Below are positions 37,354-49,041 of a DNA stretch of 64,000 nt, piece by piece (position 1 is the first letter of the stretch; every line of letters starts with the position of its first letter). The notes beneath the pieces were generated by a model. It had not been told where the DNA came from. It saw only the letters and a list, made by a program, of their open reading frames with translations, and did not search any database. The stretch is from Rhodosorus marinus CCMP1338 (taxonomy: Eukaryota > Plantae > Rhodophyta): NCBI GenBank assembly GCA_029953675.1, contig JAMWBK010000004.1:3038001-3102000 (forward strand), read 5' to 3'. The position numbers and the translations under genes are program-made.

Positions 37354-37976
37354 ATGCCTAGTATGTACTTTGTAAAAGTGATGTGGTCGCGATTTTCATA
37401 TGCGGCGCAGGTGTTCTGCTTTGGGAATTCAAAGACTCCGCCTTTAGACTTTGCAACGGAGAGTGTTTTTCTGAATTTGGTTAACAACCTGATGCTCGGT
37501 ATATTGTTGATAGCGGTGATTTACATTCTTGCTCACTTTCTGCTTACCCTAGTTATAGTATCTCGTTTGTTCCTTTTCGGGTACTTGATGATCTCTGGGG
37601 GTAGCTCCTGGCTGAACATGCCAGTGGAGTGGCAGACGCTACTGAACAAGCAGTGTCCGAATTTTATTCAAGAGAAAGAGGAGCCTCTTGGCCAATGCTC
37701 GGTGTGCCTGGATGGATTTAAGGTTGGGTGTTCGAAAAGAAGGTTGAAGTGCTCCCACGAGTTCCACTCTGCGTAAGCCCGTCGTGATCAATTGATAGTT
37801 TTTCCTAGAACCGATTTTCACCATCGAAGCTAACTCTGTCGTTGCTGCCATTTAGGTGTATTGAAATGTGGTTCAGGAAAGCCAACAGATGTCCACTGTG
37901 CTTGCAAAGTATTGTACCCTGTCTACATGACCAAATCCTGCCTAGAATCGACCAAGCGAATCGCTTCTGGAGATAG
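37354..37976 (+). CDS. Membrane-anchored RING-H2 E3 ubiquitin ligase
   Basis: Two hydrophobic helices then CSVCLDGF...LKCSHEFHSA|CIEMWFRKANRCPLC; intron from 37773. Confidence 0.9.
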
Positions 37977-39411
37977 ATGATGGGGATTGGTGAAGCTCTC
38001 TGCTTACTTGAAGTTGTGAATAAGAAAGAGGTTGGTGGCGACTACCATCATGCGCACCGGTGTTTGATGTTGAAGAAGGAGCTAGTTAGCCTGGCGGTTA
38101 TATAGTATTGACCCTAGTGTTAGAGTTTGAGACGTTTGGGAAGTTTTACGTGTTTTTTAAGAGGGGCTTTGATGGAAAAGCCCGCCGTTGTTTATAGCCA
38201 AAGTTCGATCCAACATTTTAAAATCTCTCAGGTTTGCTGGAGAAGGAGTTCGGGCATGGTTGTAAAAGTCCCGCAGATTTTCTTAAAAGCGGTTTCTCTA
38301 TCGGCAAAACCTGCCTAAACAGTGGCTTCACTTCGTTAGCGATTACCGATCATGTGAATACTAACGCAGATACATTTTAGAGAGTTGGCTCTGTTTTCAG
38401 AAACTCGCAGAGAGCCCATGCTCTTTGTACACGTACGCCTGGACGTCTATCTATGAAACCGTGGACCGAAACGCGCATGAGAATCCGGCGTGCCACTCGT
38501 TTTTACCCTGCCAAATACAAAGGCTAAACAAAAGTCTGTTGGTGCATTGATGAAGCTTCTTATGGTAGACATTACCAAGCTGTCCCCAGGACTAGCTCGT
38601 CTGATTCACTCTCCAGTAGACCTCGAATGAAAGAAGATTGTTTGCAAGCAGTACCATCCCAGCTCGCACATGCAAAAGACTCTGTTGAAGGATAATTGTC
38701 ATTGGTTCCATCTTACAATTGAAAAAAAAGAGAGAGGCAAATAACTTCCCCAGGGGTACCCCTTTTCACAAAGTAGTCAGCACAATGGAGACTAGAAATA
38801 TAGCAAAAGGGGTATGGTGGCCATTTTTTTATATTATGGGAAAGCTTCAAACCGCTTCAGGTGATCTCTGGATAGTAAAGGGAGTCTTCACTTCCGCGCT
38901 CCACAGTTTCATCTTTAACTATATGGGGGGGTATATTGATATGTTAGGTGGTGATTAAGTGACGTTTGGCTTTCGAGGTTTTGGTGAGGTCGTTCTTTCG
39001 TTCTTTTTATATTAGAAATTCTATTCTTGAATCTGATTGGGGTGGGAAGGACGAGAATGCGATGCTCGGGTTGCGGTGGCCCCCAGGCTGCCATTGGCTT
39101 TGTTTGGAGGGGGGTGGGGTGGGGAGGAGGAACAGATCAAATTGATGAGAGATAGTAGTTTGGGCTGTTCAGTTGAAGAGTACGGGGGTTAGATATATTA
39201 TGTTCCAAGGCGTGGAGAGACATTGGTTCGATTGAAAGGAGAAGAGAAGTGAGAGTTTCGGTGGTTCGGGAGTCCGTTGCAAAAAGCGGTCGGGTGGTCT
39301 TGACTGAAACTGGTCTTGAGTTGGTAGATTATCAGTTCTTGATCGATTGAGTGCGTCTACCTCAGCATATTCTGGCTTGGCTAGGTTTGTGGTGCGTGAA
39401 GCTGTTGAGTG

Positions 39412-40510
39412 ATGATGAAAATGGGGTTAGCTCGCCTGAATGGCGAAGGCTTGTTTGCAAGTTTTGGAAGCGGAGGGAGGATTCTAAAAAGGACTATGTG
39501 CACAGCCGGAGGGGACACTGGAGAGAAACTCAGCAATCCTAGTCTTGAGGCGAAGAAGCAGTTTTTATCCTCGTTGATCGAGATGTGCCCAAAGTGGATC
39601 ACTGGGGCGCGGATTGAGAAGGCGTCCATGACGATAAACCAAGGTGCATTGCTTTTCCTTTACGTTTTACAGCTTGGACGACTTTGGTTATTTCTACTGA
39701 AGAATGGTCAACCTCGATGTTGTGCAACACGCAGGGGGAGAAATGGTTATTGAGACTACTCCAGAACATATCAATCCGTTGATTGGCTTTTTGAAGAGAT
39801 ACACCAATGCCCAGTATCGAAGCTACGTCTCCTCGTGTGGTGTAGACCACCCGGATAAGCAACAGCGTTTTCGAGTGGTGCACAATCTGATGTCATTGCG
39901 ATATCCTTCTAGAATCCGTATTGAGACGTACGTGGACGAGTTCACGCCGGTCAAGTCTATAACAAATTGGTTTAACGGTGCAGATTGGTTTGAGAGGGAG
40001 GTAGGTGACAAAGTCCTGACAAGCTGCGGGCTATTAGAATTTTTGGTTTGTATTTTCTTGGGCGTGCCTTCTCTTGACAGAGTTTATCATCGTCTGAGCG
40101 AAACCACTACCCCTCAACTTCTCTAGGTATACGATATGTACGGAGTCTTCTTCACAGATCACCCGGATCTGCGTCGAATCCTTTCCGACTATGGATTTGA
40201 AGGTCATCCATTGCGCAAGGACTTTCCGCTTACCGGTTACAAGGAGGTGCGTCACTTGCCTTGGGTGTCCAGGAATAATGAACTCAATTGCACAGCTAGC
40301 TGACTCAACGATGTTATTCGATCCTCGGATCTTGGCCGGCACTAGGTTCGGTTCGATGCAGTTGAGGGCCAGGTTGTGAATGAACCCGTGGAAATTACGC
40401 AAGAATACCGCTCCTTTGACTATACTAGTCCATGGGAGGTCTTTCCCGAAGACAAGAGATCAGACGAACCTATGATTGAACAGCCAAAGAAAGAGGGTGA
40501 AAGTAATTAA
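39412..40510 (+). CDS. NDUFS3: NADH:ubiquinone oxidoreductase 30-kDa subunit (Nad9/NDUFS3), nucleus-encoded
   Basis: Arg/Leu-rich presequence; [27 protein letters not shown]|[36 protein letters not shown]|VRFD...[19 protein letters not shown]; three introns. Confidence 0.96.
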
Positions 40511-41359
40511 CTTTGCTCAGCGACTATGCAGCCCGGGGAACCTTCAACCTTCTATCGCCTGGATTCGTATCCAGCGCCAATAGCTCAAGTTTTGCAACCG
40601 GAAAGTGATATCCGCTTCCCAGTTTTTCTGAGATGGGCTCGGGAGGTACCCATAATGCTTTCCCCTGATTGCTCATTCATATATGTATTCTATTTTTGAG
40701 GCTGTACCGATCTGCTGCCGTCCGGATGGGACGACTGCGCGGCAAGCCGTCGCTAATTTGCGTAACATAAACTATCCACTCCAAAGGATGTTTTCGTACA
40801 TCGATGTACCCCTCTTACTTGGCTCACAAAAATGAGAGAACCACTACTGCGTACTGCCTGGCTTCCGAGATTGGACTGCGCAGAGTTCATTGTTTGCTGG
40901 CGGCTAAGTGGTTCACGCTCTCTCGCGGAGATTACTGAATACAATACTTTAGAGCTGCAAATACGAGATAGACCTGCAGGGGGCAACACTTATCTGGCTC
41001 CTAGTGGTGATCTGGTTAGATATGCTGTCACGCCTTAGGCGCCGTCAGCCACTGCTGCTTCATGCGCCTCAAATTAAAACGCTGGCGGGTGTCGACCTTC
41101 TGTGTACGCATGTGGCGTGCCCATGGGCCTAAGCTCATTATGCTTCTGAGCCTCTGGAAAGCAAGCTAACGCTTGCCGTTCGTTGCGTGCAGTCGGGCTC
41201 CTACCCACAGGGCGTCAACGTCGCACCGGTGACAAAGAAGCGTTTGTGAAAATATGCGTAGGCCATCGTCGAACATACCACAATCTTCGAAAAGTGTAGC
41301 CCCTTTCGCTGGAGGACTAGCATCCAAGCGAGCACGGATAAAGCAGTTCTTGCATACTG

Positions 41360-42010
41360 CACGTTACCTTCCTGACGTCAAGATCGATTTGCCCGTGAAG
41401 GAGTCGAAGTCTTGCGAGTGCTAGCAAGGGCTCCACCTTTACATCGCTTAAACGCATGGCAGAGGTCAATGGACGGTGTTGATCAAGATGACGAGCTCTA
41501 ATCTCGACAACGCCATTTTAAAGGAACTAAGATCCTTTTCTGGAATTTTTCTTCAAGCTGAGTTGACCAGCTCGGACACTACAGCGTTCAATCATTGAAA
41601 GGAGGATTTCGGCTTGATCGCAGATGGGTTCGGTCATTCTGCATGATCTGAAGTCCGTCATCGTACAGTTTAACGGCTTCGTTTTCGTCCTCCACGAGAC
41701 CGCTAGGGTTAAATTCTTGTCATACGAACAGTTCGCGGGTGAGTTGAGACTCTGTCTCACCCGGTTAACAGCCCTTTCGAGTTGCCCCTTCAATTTGTTC
41801 GAATATTCAGCCAGCAGAGTATCGTTCTTGCTTGTAGAGAGAGATCCAATGCAACCCGCCGAACCACGATCATGTTCGTCCACAGGTTCATCCGGTATAC
41901 TTCCTGTGCAAACTTATACCTCGTGCGACGAGTGCTCAACTGCACTCTTGAAGCGATATGTTCTCCACTTGGATATGAGATCATCCGGTTTACTATCGTC
42001 AAGCGTTTAT
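41360..42010 (-). other. Possible fragmented or multi-exon hypothetical gene
   Basis: Protein-like frames (DDSKPDDLISKWRTYRF; LLAEYSNKLKGQLERAVNR; EDENEAVKLYDDGLQIM; EPLLALARLRLLHGQ) bounded by GT/AG signals, but I could not join them in one consistent frame. Confidence 0.25.
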
Positions 42011-44429
42011 AGGAGGATTCGAGAGATCAACGATATATCAATGGTCCAGAAATACTGCAAAACTGGGGGCAGCAACAAAACGTCGGTTCTCCATACTTTT
42101 ACAGGATTCACAAGACTCACCACTACAGGCAAGACAGTGCTCCGTTCTCCAAACTCTCAGAAATGTATAGGTACAGCTCTCACTATGTTATCAAATTCGA
42201 GCTGGAATGACGAACATAACATCTAACCTGTTTCTAAGTTCAGTCACATTGTGAGAACAACGTGCGGTGGTAGGAAACGTTCCGCTCGCTCAAAATTTGA
42301 GTGCAAAACAAAAAAAAAGGTTTATTGGCATACTACCAAAAAAGTTTAAAAGTTTTATGTAGGGGATGGCCTTCTTTGTGTCAAGAACTGTGATTGGAAG
42401 AATTGATATTTGAACGGAAAAAAAAGAAAAAGTTGAAAAACAAATTCTTGAAAAAACAATTTTCTTCCTCTCATTGCCTAGAGATGAGTAAAAGTTCTCA
42501 AAATACTCGGGAAATGGAATCGAAGTAACATGAACAACAAATGTAATTGGCCGTGCAAAAGCTAAGTGCACTGAGGAACGTTATTGTCCAGCGACAATTC
42601 GGGTTAGTTGTACTTGGAATCAGTTCTAAACTCTTAAGCAAGTTACTGTCAGGTTGATGATTCTTTTCTTGGTTGCTTGTGAGACACTTAATTTGCCACC
42701 ATTACACCGAGCTACTTCCTGCGAGGTACCGCTTGCGGAAGTATGCCGATACCTCCGGCTTAAGCAGCTCGACGAGAGGACTTCGCAAGTTTAAAATGTG
42801 CTTTGATTCATGATGTGGATTGAATACACGGATTGAACAGATGAAATCACCGGTAGAGAAGTGGTACTGTGTTGGCTATGATATACGTGATGATCAGGCA
42901 GGATCAGGAAATCCTCCCCTAGGCGTTTGCAAGAGACGAGCATCGTCTCTTGATCAGGTCTCGGGATCACGTACTGGATCGAGAGATAAATCGAGTTTGC
43001 ATTTACGGGACCGGTTACGCCACTTAAATCAAGTTGCCAGAAAACCGAACGCTGTTCCGATTTTCTTCGGCAATGTTCGCTTTCAAGGCCTGTCCTTGTT
43101 TTGTTCTGGTCCGGTATGCGATCCGCAATTCACAGTGAAAGAAAGCGAGTGATTTCCACTAGTTGATGCTTGACCGAGATTACTAATATCTGCCAGTCGC
43201 AATCGCGTTTACTGGACTAGTAGGATCCACGGCGTCGTGGTGGTTTCGAGAAAATGATTACCACGTGTGCCATTTGAGTGGATCACCTGCGTATAAGTTC
43301 AGTCAGGTATCGCGTTTCGATCATGATCCACCCAACCGTCTATCTGCGTTTTCAAATGGACTAGCGCGAAGTGTACCCGCCGTAACGGCGTTTAAACAAC
43401 CGTGCGATACACAGGAGAGCGCTCGACAAGGTTGAAAGAATAAGAAAGCCAAGCTCAAATGGAACCAACAACGTTTAGCTGACGTTAATAACCAGAAGCA
43501 GGCATCATCGACCAGCAGCAGAACTGGCTCGATCATATTCTTGGTGGCTGTTTTCTGCGCAAAAAGCTCATAATTGTGCAGAGACAGAATCATTTTGAGA
43601 AATAGGATGCTGCGAGAGACTCAAAAAATAAAAGCAAGGACGGTGTCTGTGTCTAAATTATTGCAATTCTGGACGGCGAGGTGCTTGTTTTACATTTATG
43701 CGCACAATTGGTGATTCCTCCGGTTCATATGGATATCAAACGCCGTAAGGAGGTTCGCCGCGGGGCTGCTCAGCTGGGTATGCAGTTGTCGGACCTGACT
43801 GTACGTTGTGTCATTCCCGTAGATTGCATGGATCAGATCGCGGCGATTCACCTAAGCACGATGCCTTTCTTTCGTTTCTTCAAGTGAGAACGGCGGGTCA
43901 TTCCGGTTATCGAGGATTGGCTTTAGTCTGGAAGATTTTCTTTCAGGATAGAACTGCTCCGTTTAGGTCCTACTGTAAGGCCGTAAAGGACGAACGATCT
44001 GGCTGAATCTCTCTATTGTCCCGTTCCCGCAGTTTTCGCACGATTTCGCCATCGAAGTCGGGGTTCCGGGCGCAGCTCAGAAAGAACTCGCGCAGTACTC
44101 AGCTTCTCTAGGAGTTGCTGATTCTGCAAGGTCCCCCCACCAAAATTAGCTCACTAGGAGTACTGTACTCAAAATAAAAGCAGGCCAAAGCCGATCCGGA
44201 TGGCTTGCTTGCCTGCTCTTCCCCGGAAGCACAGCGATCAACTTTCCGAAACCCCGCCAACAGGTTCTTGCTGCATTTCCTTTTCGTGAAATATATTCGA
44301 CGCATCTTATTTGCTAAGCATTTGTGCTAGTGTGATTTTTGTTGTTTGGCTAATGAAAGAGTGTGTGAAAGGGTAGGTAGGGTGTTAATGATGAATGGGA
44401 GATAGATCGGCGGGAGAGTTTGAGTTGCG

Positions 44430-47165
44430 ATGGCCTCACTTTTAGGACCTCTGAAGCAGGCATTAGACTCTGCCTCTCAGTTTCTTTCCCCTCGGAAGAG
44501 GACAAGGGAAGCGGCGGTGAACTGCTCAGACGCTGAGGATTGGTATCGGTCAAACCATGCAGGTGAACGTGGGCCTAAGCGCGTCGCTGTTGAGGGGCAA
44601 GTACCGATCGAAAGGTGAGATAATTTGACGTCAGCGCTCTGGAACTTACATTGCGCGTATCTGCAACTGTTTTGTTGCCGAACCGTTGACAATCATATCC
44701 GCCGCTTTTGGGATGCTGTGTTCTCATTGAGCAGTGGAAAGCCCGTCAAAGATCCGCAGGACAAGATCGGTGGGTCACAGGCCCGAAAATCCTTCGTTCA
44801 AAAGAGCCACTTCCGAGCTGATGAACGTGTATCAACCTTTTCAAACTATGTAAGCTCCACTAAACAATTTGCAGTGAAGACCAAGACTTTTGTTAACAAA
44901 CCTCTTACCTGCGAACTCGCTGTTCAATTTTCAGGTTCGTAGCGTTGATGGTCCACTCTCTGTTCAAAAACCGGCGACACAGTTCACAAACGTGTTAGAC
45001 CAGTATGCATACCTTAAAACTGTTCAAAAGTATGAAGACGTCGTCAGGTAAGCTCGAGGAATCCGTAAGGGGAGAATACAAGCCCGGCTTCTCTTTTTGC
45101 TCCTCTAGAACTTTCCGTTGCTGATTTGCTTTTATCATCAGCACATTCGGGAGAGCCGTCAAGGCGGGTTCCGCAGAAAAGGTTAGGAGATCAGAGAAAC
45201 TAAACCGGGAGTCCACAGCAAGAAGGCCAGGCGATGGTTTGAAAGATGCCACCACACGACGGCTCAGCTACAGCACGCCGGCCATTTCTCGTACATTTGC
45301 TGCAGGACAGGGAGTGAGCGTCGGTATGTATCTACTTTTTGTTCCATGGAATAAGCTAGTTGCCTTTGAAGGTAGCTAAACATCTGCATCCTTTTTCGCT
45401 TTTTCTGCTGCAGACGCAGCCTTAGTTGAGGGAACAGCTGCTCAGCGATTCGCTGAACAGAAGGTGCTGGAAGAGGAAAACAGGGAGCTGCAGAGGCGAA
45501 TTGAAACTATTGAGCGCGTCATCTTACCTCTTCACTCGAGCATGACTTCATCTCGGAGAATGGTCATGGGCGACCTGCTCGGGGATGGGGTCAATGACGA
45601 GGTTGTACAAAGGAAACTGGATCGCCTTCAAGATCCGGTAAGCCCCAAAAGCTTCACGTCCCTCTTGGTTTTCTTCAAGGCGGAAATTCCCTTGTCCGAA
45701 TCCCGGACAACAGGACTATCGTCCAAAAGGTCGTTTTAACTGCGAATACCAATCTCAACGCTTTTTTTTTTCCACAGATACCGTCTCTGAACGAGTACAA
45801 GCGAAGACAGGCTCTACGTCAGGCGCAGATTATGGCCAGCGAGAGAACTCTTGCACTCTTACAGGCAGAGATTGGCTCAAGAGTAACTCTCCCTTTCCAA
45901 TCTGAGCTTGGAAAACTTGATACTGGCTCGCAGCTGCAGGCGACCTCGAACAAAGAAGTAGGCCATACCTCCGTTTGATGCTAGCACGACGTCTTCTCAG
46001 TTCGATCGTTTTCGTCTTGGTCAGCAGGAAGCGGAAGAAATAGACATAATTGATCTCGACGAAGAAGATGAGTTGCTGGCCGACGACCTACACGATGAAG
46101 AAGAAGATGACCTTGAGGAGGAAGACTTTGCAGATGATTTGGAAGAAGAGCTTGATGATGAGGACTTATTGCGTGGCGTCTCTGTGGTTGAAGAAGCTGA
46201 TCCAAGATCTGATCTCACAGAGGATGCAAAACGGGTTCGTTGACGGCAAAAGACCTTGTTGCTCTCAATGCGCGGACTCTACTTCTAACAGGTTCTTCGC
46301 GATTGCTGCTTCCACGTTCTGTTAGAGGGTCAGGAGGGCTCTGTCCGGGTCGCTCCCGAGGCAGGACGTGCTCGTGGATCTCAACAACTTGACCCTGACG
46401 GGCGAGGACATGCTACGACTGCGGCCTAACCAATGGCTAAACGATGAAATCATAAACTGTTACACAACGCTGCTTCAAGAGAGAAACGCCAGGGCTGTTG
46501 AGGATGAGAATTGCGCATGGCCTAACTCCCATTTCATGTCCACATTCTTTTACACCAGACTAGTATCCACAAAAGACGGAGAGGTATGCCTGCACCCACT
46601 ATCGTTGCAACGCTCGGAATTCCCGTTTATTTGTAGGACAGACTAAAGCAGAGCGTACACGCTCAGGATTTGCTGTGAATTATGATCTGAAAAGGGTTCT
46701 TCTTTGTGATACTCGCCCTCCACCCAGGCTCTCTACGACTACATGAGCGTCCGGCGATGGACGAGAAAAGTGGATATTTTCTCGAAGGACGTTCTGGTCA
46801 TCCCAATCAATCACGAGAACTTCCATTGGGCTTGTGCCGTGATTGATTTGAGGAAAAAGCAGCTGGCATACTTTGACTCGCTCGGTGGGAAGAACACGAC
46901 CGTATTGGGGAATCTCCTTCAGTGGTTGCGGGACGAATCAATAGATAAGAAAAAGGTTGCATTGGATGTCGAAGGCGAGGGCTGGGAGCAGGTGTTTCCA
47001 GGATCATCTGTCCCACAGCAAACAAATGGTGACGACTGCGGAGTTTTTGCTTGCAAATTCGCAGACTATTATACCCAGGACAAGGCTTTTGACTTTGGCA
47101 CAGAAGATATGGGCTACTTCCGAATGCGAATAGTCGCAGAATTGCTGGCGAAGCGTGCATGCTAG
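44430..47165 (+). CDS. Ulp1/SENP-family SUMO protease (C48)
   Basis: LRPNQWLNDEIIN, FMSTFFYTRL, VRRWTRKVDIF, IPINHENFHWAC, YFDSLGG, PQQTNGDDCGVFAC; long multi-exon, partly acidic N-terminus. Confidence 0.93.
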
Positions 47166-47575
47166 CAGTCGGGAGTTGGAACCGAAGCTCGTTTTCTGCC
47201 ATCTGCTGTAAATAGTTCATCCTTTTGTGTATTTTTGTACTCCGGTCCCGTTCTTGTTGTGCTTGAAGGCTTCATCTGGTCTCGTGGGTGCATACTGCGC
47301 TCGTTATTTAGTTGATGCCTAGGTTAATAATAATAGCTATGACAGGACTGCACGAAGCATATCCAGTAAGAGGCACGTCAAGACGTTAGGGATTCCAACT
47401 ACAGGCTAACGTACATTTCGATCTCAGCCGAAGCGAAACCTATTTGCTTTGGGTGGGAGCGTTCTGTCCCAATCTAATACGCTTTTTGAAGTAAGGAGCT
47501 ACACAGTGTGTTGGCAAGGCTCTCAGAAGCTGCAAGTGCTGAATCTCAGTCGGGATGATCGTTGAATTTGTTAAG

Positions 47576-48351
47576 TTAGTGCACTGCCGCGGTTTTTAAC
47601 TTTCCTTGCTCCTTCGAGCTCCTGCTGTTCTCGGAGCTAGCTGCCGTTTTAGATGACATTGGAGATGACACACCCTTAGCACTCTTTCCAGCTTGGCGCG
47701 AAAGTCGGAGGTAGTATTTCTGAGCATGGGTCCGAACTTGGGTAGCATTTCGTGTTCCAACGTGCCTTGGGAACAAAAATAATCGGATGGTTAGTAATCG
47801 TACTAATGAACTAGCGTCGAATCGTGCATGTACGGCTTACTTGGAGATCGCCTTCACATCGCGATGGCCGTACATAGCCAGGCCTTCAAGGAACCTTTGA
47901 TGCTCCTCAGATGTCCAGTAACGACTGCTACTTCGCTTTTCCGAACCAGATGACTTTTTCTGTCGCTTCTCCTCGGCAATCTGCGCAGCCTGCATCTTCA
48001 GTCGCTTGATGTCCGCCTGAGCATTGTTCAAGTCTGCTTCTAGTTCGTCAATCCTCTTCTGCTGCCGCAAGATAAGCTCCTGTGACGCTGCATCCGATGT
48101 GATTAAAGAGAATTCCTTGCCGGATTCGTCCTCAATGGTGCTCTCAAACCAGCTCGATGTGTTCATGTCATCGCCATTGTCATGACGATCCCAGTCCTTT
48201 AGTCCGTACGTTTCCTAAGACAGTTAACAGATTGGCAGAGGTTAGTTCCCTAAACATACAAAGCACTGGGCGGTTGCTCAAGAAAACCAACCTCGCTAGT
48301 ATCACCATCGCACATCAAGCTGCCCTCCCCATCAGCGTCAATCATCAACAT
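47576..48351 (-). CDS. SHAQKYF-class MYB-related transcription factor with upstream coiled coil
   Basis: SSSRYWTSEEHQRFLEGLAMYG...AISK|HVGTRNATQVRTHAQKYYLRL; first exon from 48351 is tentative, ATG 48166 is the conservative start. Confidence 0.9.
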
Positions 48352-48918
48352 CGTTCCAACTCAAAGCGGTCAAAGACCTTCCCGTACCACGATTCACAAA
48401 CCTAGTTCCTTCTTCACTCTCAACTGTCGCCCTCAGACCGTCGACCGCCTCTCCTCGCACGCATACATGGCAGGACTTGTACATGAGGTTTTTAAAGAGA
48501 TTCACACGTTCAACCATATCCTCGCCAAGCCCCCCCTGCCCTGCCAGAAAAAGGTATCCGAAGCCCCTGCCCGGGGGGCCTCCTTCCGTATTCAGATATC
48601 CCTTTCAAAACATTCCAAATCAAATGATTCCGGGGCGCAATTCCAAAGCAAAAAACCCTCTAAGAGAAGAATTTTTTTCCGAATAGGGAACTTGCATTTT
48701 TTTAGGTTGGAAGAGGACAAGCAGGATACCCCCCCTTACCGTGTGGGAAGCTCTACCCCCCCTACTTCCATTTTCCTTAAGAGGCTGGCTTAGCAAACGA
48801 TCTACGTTTCTGCAAAAAGCTACTCAAGAACACTGCATTGGTGGAGTGTACATTGTTAACTTACCCCTATCTTTTACCTCGACGGGGAACTAATGGCCTA
48901 GTTCTCCACTTTCCAAAA

Positions 48919-49041
48919 TTACCCCTGAATTTTCGACTTTTTTTGCCACAAATCCACGGGATCATGATAGTACCCCTGAATTTCCTATGCGTAAAAAAAC
49001 CCTAGTCGATTTGGATTCATTTCGTTTTTACCCCTGAAGTT
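48919..49041. promoter_or_regulatory. Three copies of TACCCCTGAA(T/G)TT upstream of the MYB gene
   Basis: Copies at 48920, 48971, 49029; function inferred only from position and recurrence. Confidence 0.4.

Noticed and set aside
38548-38604. TGATGA...CTGA C/D-box pair
   Set aside because: Short, no terminal stem, no C'/D' boxes or rRNA complement found; expected by chance.
41624-42226. 200-aa plus-strand ORF
   Set aside because: Ser/Thr-rich, no motif, and points toward rather than away from the nearby promoter-like core; likely incidental.
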